Source of the DNA: Fidelibacterota bacterium
GTDB lineage: Bacteria > Fidelibacterota > Marinisomatia > Marinisomatales > Marinisomataceae
Direction of reading: 5' to 3'
Assembly: GCA_019650355.1 (NCBI GenBank)
Contig: BOWX01000003.1
Location: 38,996 to 102,995 of the forward strand
DNA length: 64,000 nucleotides
This document shows, in pieces, positions 48,916 through 57,992 of the stretch. The notes beneath the pieces were generated by a model. That model was not told the DNA's origin and ran no database searches. It saw only the letters and a list, made by a program, of their open reading frames with translations. Every line of letters starts with the position of its first letter. The stretch's first letter is position 1. The translations under genes and the position numbers were made by a program.

Positions 48916-49926
48916 ATGCAAAATTCCTTTTTTATGCAACAAGCTATAAATGAAGCTTTAAAAGCTGATCCAAATAAAGTTTATCCAAATCCTTTGGTTG
49001 GTTGTGTCATAGTAAAAAATGACAAGATTATTGCAAGAGGGTATCATAAAGCATTTGGAACAAAGCATGCTGAAGTAAATGCTATTGAATCTCTGAAAAC
49101 TCCAGTTAGAGATGCCGATTTATATGTCACTTTAGAACCCTGTGCACACTTTGGGAATAATCCTCCATGTGTAGATGCAATTATTAAATCAAAAATGTTT
49201 AAAAAAGTAATTATTGCTATAGCAGATCCAAATAAAAAAGCTATGGGCGGAATAGATAAACTAAAAAAAGCTAACATTGAGGTTGAGATAGGAGATTGTC
49301 AGATTGAAGCTAAAAAAATAAATAAAAGATTTTTTACATTTTTTGAAAATAAGAGACCATATATAATATTAAAATATGCAAGAACTCAAGATGGATTTAT
49401 AGCTCATTTAGATGGAAGTTCAAAATGGATTACTAAAGAAGATGCTAGAAGAGATGTCCATCTTACAAGATCTGGTTGCGATGCAATTTTAGTTGGCAGA
49501 AATACTATTGAACAAGATAATCCTTCATTGGATTCTCATGGATTAGGCAAAGATCCACGTATTGTAATTCTTTCTTCAAAACCATTATCATCATCTCTAA
49601 AAGTGTCAAAGAAAAACCCTATAATTATTCAAACATTGAGCGAAAAACCTCCAGAAAATAATATCAAAATTGTTCTTGACAATTTATTTAAGGAAAATGT
49701 ACAATCTTTACTTGTTGAAGGGGGAGAAAAAACCATAACGTCATTTATCCAAAGTGGATATTTTGATGAAATTCATGAATATATTTCTCCAAAAAAATTT
49801 AATGAGGGTATCCCTTTTTATAGAGGTGATTTTGATACAATTCGTTCATCTTTAGATTTGGTATCTGAAATTTCATTCAGCAGCGATATTAAAAAAACAT
49901 ATAAAAAGAAATGTTTACAGGACTAG
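48916..49926 (+). CDS. ribD: Bifunctional riboflavin biosynthesis deaminase/reductase
   Basis: Deaminase HAEVNA and TLEPCAHFGNNPPC motifs. C-terminal reductase domain. Confidence 0.9.
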   Translation: MQNSFFMQQAINEALKADPNKVYPNPLVGCVIVKNDKIIARGYHKAFGTKHAEVNAIESLKTPVRDADLYVTLEPCAHFGNNPPCVDAIIKSKMFKKVIIAIADPNKKAMGGIDKLKKANIEVEIGDCQIEAKKINKRFFTFFENKRPYIILKYARTQDGFIAHLDGSSKWITKEDARRDVHLTRSGCDAILVGRNTIEQDNPSLDSHGLGKDPRIVILSSKPLSSSLKVSKKNPIIIQTLSEKPPENNIKIVLDNLFKENVQSLLVEGGEKTITSFIQSGYFDEIHEYISPKKFNEGIPFYRGDFDTIRSSLDLVSEISFSSDIKKTYKKKCLQD

Positions 49927-50501
49927 TAGAAACAAAAGGACAAATTGATTCATTTCAAAAAAATGAAGACGGGATGATTTTACGTATGAATCATAATGAT
50001 TCTTTTGATGTGTCAATTAACGATAGTGTTTCTTGTAATGGAGTATGTCTTACAGTTGTTAAAACTGATAATAATTCATTCGAAGTCCAACTAGTTAATG
50101 AGACTTTAAATAGAACAACCGCTGAATTTTGGAAAGAAAAAGATGAATTAAATTTAGAAAGAGCATTATTGCCTTCAACCAGAATGGGAGGACATTTTGT
50201 ACAAGGACACGTTGATTGTGTAACAAAAATTAAGAATGTTCAACACTTCGATAAATCATCTACTTGGACGTTTGAAATGAATGATGATATAGAGAAATAT
50301 ATAGTTGAAAAAGGTTCTATAGCTTTGAATGGAGTCAGCTTGACAGTAGCAAGCAAGAATAAAAATACATTTGATGTTGCACTAATTCCTCACACAATTG
50401 AGCTAACTACTTTTGGAAATTTGGTAGTTGGAGATAGTGTAAATGTTGAAGTTGATATATTAGGAAAATATATTGAAAACTTCTTGGAAGCAAGAAAATG
50501 A
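49911..50501 (+). CDS. ribE: Riboflavin synthase
   Basis: MFTGLVE N-terminus and the duplicated lumazine-binding repeat (NGVCLTV / NGVSLTV). Confidence 0.9.
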   Translation: MFTGLVETKGQIDSFQKNEDGMILRMNHNDSFDVSINDSVSCNGVCLTVVKTDNNSFEVQLVNETLNRTTAEFWKEKDELNLERALLPSTRMGGHFVQGHVDCVTKIKNVQHFDKSSTWTFEMNDDIEKYIVEKGSIALNGVSLTVASKNKNTFDVALIPHTIELTTFGNLVVGDSVNVEVDILGKYIENFLEARK

Positions 50502-51698
50502 AATTTGACACTATTCCCTCTGCAATTAAAGAAATTAAGGCTGGTGGAATGGTTGTTGTTCTTGATAATGAGGACAGAGAAAATGAAGGTGATTTGGTAA
50601 TGGCATCTGATGCTGCTACTCCTGCAAATATTAACTTTATGGCCAAAGAAGGTAGAGGTTTAATTTGTATTTCAGTTTCAAAGCCAAGAGCAAAAAAATT
50701 AGATCTTGAACCAATGGAACAGAAAAATACTAGCTTACATGAAACTGCATTCACTGTTAGTGTAGATGCTATTAAAGGAACCACAACTGGTATATCTGCT
50801 TCAGATAGATGTAAAACAATTAAAACAATAGTTAGTGATAAAACTAATCCTTCTGATTTAGCTAGACCAGGGCATATTTTTCCTATAGTTGGAAGAAATG
50901 GAGGTGTTTTACGAAGAGCTGGTCATACTGAAGCAAGTATGGATCTTGCCCAACTTGCAGGCTTTTCTAGAAGTGGAGTTATTTGCGAAATTATAGGTGA
51001 TGATGGTGAAATGCTTAGGGGGCCTGACCTTATGAAATTTGCAAAAAAACATAACCTAAAAATAATTTCAATTGAAGAGTTAATAAGATTTAGAAGAAAA
51101 AAAGAAAGTATTGTTCAAAAACTAGAAGAAATTAAACTACCAACAAAATTTGGTGATTTTGATTTACATATGTATGATGATATATATAATAATAAAGTAC
51201 ATTTTGGATTAACCTATGGAAAAATCAATCCAAAAAAACCAATACTTAACACGAGTTCACTCAGAATGTCTTACTGGAGATATTTTTCATTCCTTAAGAT
51301 GTGATTGTGGTAGTCAGCTTGATTTTGCAATGAAAAAAATTGTTGAAAAAGGTTCTGGAATCATTGTTTATTTAAGACAAGAGGGAAGAGGAATTGGAAT
51401 TGAAAATAAGATTAAAGCTTATAAGCTTCAGCAAGAAAAAAATTTAGATACTGTTGAAGCCAATAATGCTTTAGGATTTAAAGCAGATTTAAGAGATTAT
51501 GGAGTAGGGGCTCAAATTTTGAAAGATTTAGGAGCAAAGGAATTAATTATTATGACAAATAATCCAAAAAAACTTATCGGGCTTGAAGGACACGATTTAA
51601 AAATAGCTGATAGAATTCCAGTTAAAATCAAACCTTCAGAGCATAATGAAAAATATTTATCAATTAAAAAAACAAAACTTAACCATATCTTAGATTAA
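50498..51698 (+). pseudogene. ribBA: Bifunctional DHBP synthase / GTP cyclohydrolase II, one frame break at the domain junction
   Basis: RENEGDLV and GHTEAS (RibB half). [10 protein letters not shown] and EGRGIG (RibA half). ORFs 50498-51304 and 51216-51698 join as [12 protein letters not shown] if one A at 51248-49 is removed. Confidence 0.9.
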
Positions 51699-52105
51699 TG
51701 ATTGCAGTAATTAAAAGTGAATTCAATAAAGAAATTGTTGATGGTCTTTTAAAAGGTTGTAAAAGGGCATTAGCAAGAAAAGAAATTAAATATTATTTCT
51801 GTTCCTGGAGCTTTTGAACTGCCTGCTGCTGCACAAAAATGTGTCAATTCAATCTAATTTATATGAAGCTGTTATTACCTTAGGTTGTGTTATCAAAGGT
51901 GATACAGATCATTATGATTACATATGTCAAGCTGTTACAAATGGTATTATGAATATTTCAATTCAATCACAGTATTCCAGTTCTTTTTGGAGTTCTTACA
52001 TGTCAGAATGCTGAACAAGCCTTTGAAAGAAGTAGGGATAATGATTCTAATAAGGGTTATGAAGTAGGATTAGCTGCTCTAGAACTTATCAATTCCAGAA
52101 AATAG
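51698..52105 (+). pseudogene. ribH: 6,7-dimethyl-8-ribityllumazine synthase, three +1 frame breaks
   Basis: The pieces MIAVIKSEFNKEIVDGLL.., [15 protein letters not shown].., [21 protein letters not shown].. and [20 protein letters not shown] lie in frames 2, 0, 1 and 2. Its ATG overlaps the ribBA stop. Confidence 0.8.
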
Positions 52106-52111
52106 CCAAAG

Positions 52112-52184
52112 CTGGGCTATCTGGACTCGAACCAGAATCATCCGAATTAACAGTTCGGTGCCTTGCCAATTAGACCATAGCCCA
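52112..52184 (-). tRNA. tRNA-Asn (GTT)
   Basis: Acceptor TGGGCTA/TAGCCCA. Anticodon stem CCGAA/TTCGG with loop CTGTTAA. T-arm TCTGG-TTCGAGT-CCAGA. Discriminator G. Confidence 0.9.
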
Positions 52185-52224
52185 TGATCAAAATTTATAA
52201 TATTATTTTAAGGAAGTTGAAATA

Positions 52225-52353
52225 ATGGATGAATTAGAGCGGGAGAGTGAAGGTATATTGTATTTATTAGAATTGAGATATAAATACATAGTGTATGAAC
52301 CAATCAAGGATTTTCCCCCGCCCCAACTAACTCATATTGACCATATAATATAA
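52225..52353 (+). CDS. Candidate 42-codon small ORF in the tRNA-Asn/tRNA-Glu spacer
   Basis: AAGGAAG lies 7 nt upstream of the ATG. It encodes MDELERESEGILYLLELRYKYIVYEPIKDFPPPQLTHIDHII, is followed by a terminator, and shares a 28-nt block with 15014-15041. Confidence 0.3.
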   Translation: MDELERESEGILYLLELRYKYIVYEPIKDFPPPQLTHIDHII

Positions 52354-52376
52354 ATATAAGAATTTATAAAAAACAA

Positions 52377-52405
52377 GAAAAAACCGACCAGTCGGTTTAT
52401 TTTTT
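52377..52405. terminator. Bidirectional Rho-independent terminator
   Basis: Stem AAACCGA / TCGGTTT with loop CCAG, flanked by an A-run on one side and a T-run on the other. It can terminate tRNA-Glu (minus) and the small ORF (plus). Confidence 0.6.
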
Positions 52406-52448
52406 AAAATACATAATTATTATTATTAGTTCTTGCTACAAAAGGAAG

Positions 52449-52520
52449 CAGCCCGTAGGGGGATCGAACCCCTGTTGCATGGATGAAAACCATGAGTCCT
52501 AACCACTAGACGAACGGGCC
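52449..52520 (-). tRNA. tRNA-Glu (TTC)
   Basis: GGCCCGTTCGTCTAGTGGTTAGGAC... closely parallels the bacterial tRNA-Glu D-arm. Anticodon stem CATGG/CCATG with loop TTTTCAT. T-arm AGGGG-TTCGATC-CCCCT. Confidence 0.9.
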
Positions 52521-52571
52521 AAAAACGTTGAAAATATAGAACTAAGATACAATTATTTCAATAGACTTTAT

Positions 52572-52877
52572 TTAAACATCTAAAGCATCTAATAACTGAC
52601 CATTTTCATGCATTTCAACAGTTATATCACAGCCGCCAAGCAATTTTCCATTAACAAATAACTGTGGAAAAGTTGGCCACCCTGATAATTCAGATAATGC
52701 AGGTCTCATATCTTCGTGTCCGAGAATATTTACATCATGAAAGTCTACTCCATAATGATTAAGAACACTTACAACAGTTTTTGAAAAACCGCAAACTGGA
52801 GCATCTTTAGTTCCCTTCATGAAAAGTACAATCTTCTTTTCTTCAATAACTTTTTTAAAATCTTCTTTAAAATTCAT
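52572..52877 (-). CDS. grxD: Monothiol glutaredoxin (Grx4/GrxD family)
   Basis: CGFS active site and WPTFPQLFVNGKLLGGCD. I start it at the internal ATG (MNFKEDF). The longer ORF-track version overlaps xth. Confidence 0.85.
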   Translation of the reverse strand: MNFKEDFKKVIEEKKIVLFMKGTKDAPVCGFSKTVVSVLNHYGVDFHDVNILGHEDMRPALSELSGWPTFPQLFVNGKLLGGCDITVEMHENGQLLDALDV

Positions 52878-52926
52878 GGCTAAATTTATTAATATATTTT
52901 TGAAATTAAAGGAGTTAATTAAGTTT

Positions 52927-53697
52927 ATGAGACTTTTTTCATGGAATGTAAATGGAGTAAGAGCAATTGAGAAAAAAGGTTTTCTTGATTGGGTTGATAA
53001 TACATCTCCTGATATTCTTTGCATTCAAGAAACAAAAGCTAATTTTGACCAACTACCAGAATCTCTTCAAAATATTCATGGATACCATGGATATTGGCAC
53101 TCAGGAGAAAGAAAGGGGTATAGTGGAGTTGCAACCTTTTGTAAAAATGAACCTCTTGATGTGCAATATGGCCTTGGAATTGAGAAATATGATAGAGAAG
53201 GTAGAGTTCTTATAACCGAATTTGAAAACTTTTTATTATACAACATTTATTTTCCAAATGGACAAAAAGATGAGCATCGACTCCAATATAAATTGGATTT
53301 TTATGATGATTTATTAGTGATATTAAATGAGCAAGTGCAATCAGGAAATAATGTAGTTGTTGCTGGAGACTGGAATACTGCTCACTTTCCTATTGATCTT
53401 GCCAATCCAAAAGCAAATGAAAAAAATTCTGGTTTCATGCCAGTCGAAAGAGCTCAGCTAGATGAGTACGTTGAAAATGGTTATGTAGACACGTTTAGAT
53501 TATTTCATGATGAACCTGAAAGATATTCATGGTGGACGTATCGTTTTGGAGCACGACAAAGAAATATTGGATGGAGAATTGACTATTTTTTTGTAAATGA
53601 AGGTTTTGTAGAATCAGTAGCCGATGCAGATATTCATGAAGACGTAATGGGATCTGATCATTGTCCAGTCTCTATTGAATTAGTTGACAATTTCTAA
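52927..53697 (+). CDS. xth: Exodeoxyribonuclease III (AP endonuclease)
   Basis: MRLFSWNVNGVRA, CIQETK, GDWNTAH and SDHCPV motifs. I start it at ATG 52927. Confidence 0.9.
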   Translation: MRLFSWNVNGVRAIEKKGFLDWVDNTSPDILCIQETKANFDQLPESLQNIHGYHGYWHSGERKGYSGVATFCKNEPLDVQYGLGIEKYDREGRVLITEFENFLLYNIYFPNGQKDEHRLQYKLDFYDDLLVILNEQVQSGNNVVVAGDWNTAHFPIDLANPKANEKNSGFMPVERAQLDEYVENGYVDTFRLFHDEPERYSWWTYRFGARQRNIGWRIDYFFVNEGFVESVADADIHEDVMGSDHCPVSIELVDNF

Positions 53698-54429
53698 AAT
53701 TGCAAAATATAAGCTCGAAGTATGGCCTACACGCTCACCGTTTAAGCTATCAGGAAATTGAACAACAATTGAATTTTTAATTTCTTTATCGTAAGGATCA
53801 AAATCATATTTCTTAAACTGAGAGTCAAATTCTTTAATATTTCTCCATTGGACTAATTTATTTTTAAATCCTTTTGAAAATACCTCATCAAAACTATTTA
53901 AATTATCCGGACATTTTTTAAATCTTTTTTCTATAGACATTCTTGTAGTCATTGGAACTTTATCAATATCCATATGTAATGCAGTAGCAACGATATTATA
54001 AATTATGTTTTCATTTAATTTAGAATTCAGGATTGAAAATAATACTACTGTACCACCCATACTGTGTCCAACAACCTGCCATTGATTAATATTAGGATAT
54101 TTATTTATTAAGTCATTTAGCTCTTTATTAAAATCTACAGCAACACTACTTGGGCAGTCGTTCCAATCATATTTGTAAAAAAAAGTATTAATATCATTTT
54201 CTACTAAATAATTAAATGGTTGAACCCATTCATGATGAATGCCAACCCAATATGCAGGATAAAATCCATGAATTGCAATAATCCCTACCTTACTATCGCT
54301 AGAATGAATTATTGACATCCCATTTGATATCTTTTTTAGTTCTCTGAAAGAAGAAAATTTATCTTCTGATAAAGAAAATGTTAGTAAGCAAATAATTCCA
54401 AGAATTGTTGTTAGTGTACGATTAAACAT
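53680..54429 (-). CDS. Secreted alpha/beta-fold hydrolase (lipase/esterase-like)
   Basis: Signal-like N-terminus. Nucleophile elbow VVGHSMGG. 249 aa. Confidence 0.6.
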   Translation of the reverse strand: MFNRTLTTILGIICLLTFSLSEDKFSSFRELKKISNGMSIIHSSDSKVGIIAIHGFYPAYWVGIHHEWVQPFNYLVENDINTFFYKYDWNDCPSSVAVDFNKELNDLINKYPNINQWQVVGHSMGGTVVLFSILNSKLNENIIYNIVATALHMDIDKVPMTTRMSIEKRFKKCPDNLNSFDEVFSKGFKNKLVQWRNIKEFDSQFKKYDFDPYDKEIKNSIVVQFPDSLNGERVGHTSSLYFAILEIVN

Positions 54430-54452
54430 TATATATTGTCCAAATTGTTAAA

Positions 54453-54869
54453 ATGAATTTAAAAATACAATTAGTAAATACTAATAAAGAATATGAAGAG
54501 ATACTCAATATCAGAAAATTGGTTTTTGTTGAAGAACAAAATGTCCCAATAGATATTGAAATCGAATATGAAGATGAATCTCATCATGTTATTTGCTATC
54601 ATAATGATTTGCCTGTTGCAACAGGTAGATGGAGAGAAACTAGCTTTGGCGTAAAGTTAGAACGATTTGCAGTATTGCATGAATTCAGAGGTATGGGTAT
54701 CGGTAAACAGATTGTAAATTTTATTTTATCTCAAATTTCTTCTAAGAAAACCATATATTTACATGCACAGGAAGCAGTAGTGGATTTTTATAAAAAACTA
54801 GGATTTGAGGTATTGGGTGAACAGTTCACAGAAGCTGACATTCTTCATTCAAAAATGGTTTATAAGTAA
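54453..54869 (+). CDS. GNAT-family N-acetyltransferase
   Basis: 138 aa. Acetyl-CoA motif A region (FRGMGIGKQIV). Confidence 0.75.
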   Translation: MNLKIQLVNTNKEYEEILNIRKLVFVEEQNVPIDIEIEYEDESHHVICYHNDLPVATGRWRETSFGVKLERFAVLHEFRGMGIGKQIVNFILSQISSKKTIYLHAQEAVVDFYKKLGFEVLGEQFTEADILHSKMVYK

Positions 54870-54874
54870 ATCTT

Positions 54875-56710
54875 ATGAAAGAATCATCACTAAAAAGATT
54901 ATTTAGATTTGTATTGGCTCATTGGCCATTTCTTCTTCTGTCAACTTTAGCAGCTTTTTTCTTTGTTATTTTCAATAGTGCATCCATTTGGATCACTGCC
55001 ACAATGATTAATAATATCTTAATTGATTTCAATGAAATGCTGGTTGAAAATCAGCGCCTTGCAAGTTTAAGTGAATTAACAATGAATGATAGACTGAAGC
55101 TATTTTCAAATAGTTTACTTTTAAAAGATACAGCCATAAGCACAGTTTCAGCAGTTTGTGTTGCACTTATTGTAGTTTTTTCGGCAAAAAATATATCGCT
55201 ATATATAAAAAATATTACCCTTTCAATTGTTCAATATCGATTAATACGCGACTTGAGAAATAAGCTATACAGCCACTTCCATTATCTTTCTTTATCCTAT
55301 TTTAACAAAAATAAATCTGGAGAATTAACTGCTGTTTTGGTAAATGATATTGATAATATGAGAAACTCATTATCTATCATGTTTCAAAAGTTATTTGTTG
55401 AGCCAATCAATATTATCATTTTAATGAGTTTGCTATTTATTGTAAGTACAAAACTTGCTTTAATTGCACTTTTAATTATACCGGTTAGTGGTATAATAAT
55501 TTTTGGTATTTCTCATAGTATTCGAAGAAGATCTGCAAGAAGTCAGGCTCAATTAGCTGGAATGACTTCTATGATAGCTGAAACAATTGGTTCAATGAGA
55601 ATTGTTAAAGCTTTTGCTACTAAAGGTTTTGAAATCAATAGATTTGCTAAAGAAACCCAAAAGTATTATAAATTAATGTTAAGAAGAGATAGACTAAGAT
55701 TTGTTTCTTCTCCTGTTTCTGAAACATTTGGTGCAACTATTGCAGCTTTATTATTTTGGGTAGGTGCAAGAGATGTATTGGTTATTGAATCAATAAGCTC
55801 AGAAGATTTTTTAAGATTTATTCTTTTACTCTTTAGTTTATTTCAGCCGTTAAAAAATTTAACTAATGTCGTAAATGAATTGCAAAATGGACTTGCTTCT
55901 GCTGATAGAGTATTTGCAATCATGGATATTAAATCTGACATTCAGGATGTTGATAATGCTGTAGAGGTAAATGATTTAAAAAACACACTATCTTTTGACA
56001 ATGTATCTTTTTCTTATGGAGATGAGAAAGATAAAGTGTTAAATAATATTAATTTCCAGATAAATAAAGGAGAAATCCTTGCTTTGGTTGGTCCTAGTGG
56101 AGCTGGAAAATCTACTTTAGTAGATTTAATACCAAGATTTTATGATACATTGAGCGGTTCAATCAAAATTGATGGAAAGGATATTAAAGAACTTAAGATT
56201 AATTCTTTAAGATCTTTGATGGGAATTGTCACTCAAGAAACATTTCTTTTTGATGACAGTGTTAAGGCAAACATTGCATATGGTGTTGAAAATATTTCTG
56301 ATGATGAAATTAAGGATGCAGCAATAGCTGCTAATGCACATGAATTTATTAAAGAGCTTCCTGATGGATACAATACTATTATTGGCGAAAGAGGAGTATC
56401 GCTATCAGGAGGACAAAAACAAAGAATTGCTATAGCAAGAGCAATTGTTAAAAATCCTCCTATTTTAATATTAGATGAAGCTACGTCATCGCTAGATAGC
56501 GAATCTGAAAAGCATGTTCAATCAGCAATTGAAAATCTAATGAGTGAGAGAACAGTATTTGTAATTGCACATAGGCTTTCAACAGTACACAATGCTAATA
56601 AAATCTTAGTACTAGAAAATGGACAAATTGTACAAGAAGGTAAGCATGATGAGTTAGTAAATATTGATGGATTATATAAACAATTACACAAAATGCAATT
56701 TCGAACTTAA
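54875..56710 (+). CDS. ABC exporter with fused permease and ATPase domains (MsbA-like)
   Basis: Six-TM N-terminal domain. Walker A GPSGAGKST. Signature LSGGQKQR. Walker B ILILDEATS. Confidence 0.8.
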   Translation: MKESSLKRLFRFVLAHWPFLLLSTLAAFFFVIFNSASIWITATMINNILIDFNEMLVENQRLASLSELTMNDRLKLFSNSLLLKDTAISTVSAVCVALIVVFSAKNISLYIKNITLSIVQYRLIRDLRNKLYSHFHYLSLSYFNKNKSGELTAVLVNDIDNMRNSLSIMFQKLFVEPINIIILMSLLFIVSTKLALIALLIIPVSGIIIFGISHSIRRRSARSQAQLAGMTSMIAETIGSMRIVKAFATKGFEINRFAKETQKYYKLMLRRDRLRFVSSPVSETFGATIAALLFWVGARDVLVIESISSEDFLRFILLLFSLFQPLKNLTNVVNELQNGLASADRVFAIMDIKSDIQDVDNAVEVNDLKNTLSFDNVSFSYGDEKDKVLNNINFQINKGEILALVGPSGAGKSTLVDLIPRFYDTLSGSIKIDGKDIKELKINSLRSLMGIVTQETFLFDDSVKANIAYGVENISDDEIKDAAIAANAHEFIKELPDGYNTIIGERGVSLSGGQKQRIAIARAIVKNPPILILDEATSSLDSESEKHVQSAIENLMSERTVFVIAHRLSTVHNANKILVLENGQIVQEGKHDELVNIDGLYKQLHKMQFRT

Positions 56711-56723
56711 ATTATCCTAAGCA

Positions 56724-57986
56724 ATGGGGAAATTAAAAGAACATCTATCAAAAAAAATTCCGGATTGGAGATATAATTATCGTCAACTTCTTGATGAAAA
56801 AGGCGATACTGTAACAAGCACTGTTACTATTGATAAAGCTTATTCAGGAATGAAAGGTGTCAAGGGTATGATTTGTGACACTTCATCAGTTACTGCTGAT
56901 GCTGGTCTCCATGTAAGAGGAAAACATATTCTTGATCTAGTTGATTTAAAACCTGAAGAAATCCTATACTTATTATTAATTGGTGAGCTTCCTGATGCAG
57001 ATGCGTTACTTGATTTACAGCATGAGTTAAAGGAGAGAAGTACTGTTCCAGATTACGTTTGGAATGTTCTTTCTGGCATGCCAAAAGATTCTCATCCTAT
57101 GGCTATGTTTAACACAGCAATTTTATCAATGCAAAAAGAAAGCAAATTTGCTGAAGCCTATGACTTAGTTGTTTCTAAAGGAGATTATTGGGAAAGCACT
57201 CTTGAAGATGGTTTAAATATCATTGCTAAATTGCCTGCTATTGGTGCTGCTGTTTATAGAACTAGATTTGAAAGGGAGAGGTTAGAAGCAAGCGATTCAG
57301 TTGATTGGTCTGAAAACTTTTTACAAATGATGGGAATAGATTATTCAGATGATATGTTAAAAATGATGCAATTATATTTGATGCTTCATTGCGATCATGA
57401 AGGTGGAAATGTCAGCACTTTTAGTGCATTAACTGTTAATTCTGCTTTATCAGATCCATACTATTCATTATCTGCTGGCTTGAATGGTCTAGCTGGTCCT
57501 TTGCATGGCCTTGCAAATCAAAATAATTTGAAGTTTGTTCTAGATATTTTAGATCATTACAAAGGTGTGCCATCAGATGAACAGCTAAAAGAATTCTCAT
57601 GGGAAAGATTAAATTCTGGTAAGGTTATTCCAGGTTATGGACATGCAGTACTAAGATGTCCTGATCCAAGATTCACTGCATTTATGAATTTTGGTAAAGA
57701 ACACATTAAAGGAAGTGATGTATTTGATGTAGTTTCAAAATTATTTGACATTGTTCCTGATGTTCTTAAAGAGCATGGGAAGGCAAGAAACCCATGGCCA
57801 AATGTTGATGCAGCATCTGGTTCACTTTTATATCATTATGGTATTAAAGAATTTCAGTTTTATACTGTCTTATTTAGTATGTCAAGATCTCTTGGAATTG
57901 TGTCTCAAATGGTTTTAGCTAGAGCAATGGGAATGCCTTTGACTCGTCCAAAATCTTTAACGTATGAGGCGTTGAAAGAGCTTTAA
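56724..57986 (+). CDS. gltA: Citrate synthase, eukaryote/mitochondrial-like type
   Basis: HCDHEGGNVS, NGLAGPLHGLANQ, PGYGHAVLR and KARNPWPNVDA closely parallel mitochondrial citrate synthase rather than the HADHEQNAST type. Confidence 0.9.
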   Translation: MGKLKEHLSKKIPDWRYNYRQLLDEKGDTVTSTVTIDKAYSGMKGVKGMICDTSSVTADAGLHVRGKHILDLVDLKPEEILYLLLIGELPDADALLDLQHELKERSTVPDYVWNVLSGMPKDSHPMAMFNTAILSMQKESKFAEAYDLVVSKGDYWESTLEDGLNIIAKLPAIGAAVYRTRFERERLEASDSVDWSENFLQMMGIDYSDDMLKMMQLYLMLHCDHEGGNVSTFSALTVNSALSDPYYSLSAGLNGLAGPLHGLANQNNLKFVLDILDHYKGVPSDEQLKEFSWERLNSGKVIPGYGHAVLRCPDPRFTAFMNFGKEHIKGSDVFDVVSKLFDIVPDVLKEHGKARNPWPNVDAASGSLLYHYGIKEFQFYTVLFSMSRSLGIVSQMVLARAMGMPLTRPKSLTYEALKEL

Positions 57987-57992
57987 TTATTA

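Noticed and set aside
51814-52014. ORF 51814-52014 as an independent 66-aa gene.
   Set aside because: Its central part ([31 protein letters not shown]) is the core of lumazine synthase. It is the middle fragment of the frame-broken ribH.
52441-52456. The GGAAGCAGCC string resembling the conserved SRP (4.5S) RNA domain IV motif.
   Set aside because: It is simply the complement of the 3' acceptor/T-arm region of tRNA-Glu on the other strand. No flanking SRP-like helix (a GGGGC...GCCCC closing stem) is present.
52112-52520. tmRNA, 6S or RNase P RNA in the tRNA-Asn/tRNA-Glu spacer.
   Set aside because: I found no tRNA-like acceptor/T-arm pairing, tag-peptide reading frame or conserved P4-type motifs. 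At 263 bp the spacer is too short for RNase P or tmRNA.
52819-53024. Apparent 200-bp antisense overlap of the grx and xth ORFs. Similar long N-terminal extensions occur for sufE (to 21205), etfB (from 15085), TlpA (from 46061) and DUF3147 (to 44712).
   Set aside because: These are artefacts of taking the longest ORF. Internal ATGs give proteins that begin at the conserved family N-termini and remove the overlaps.
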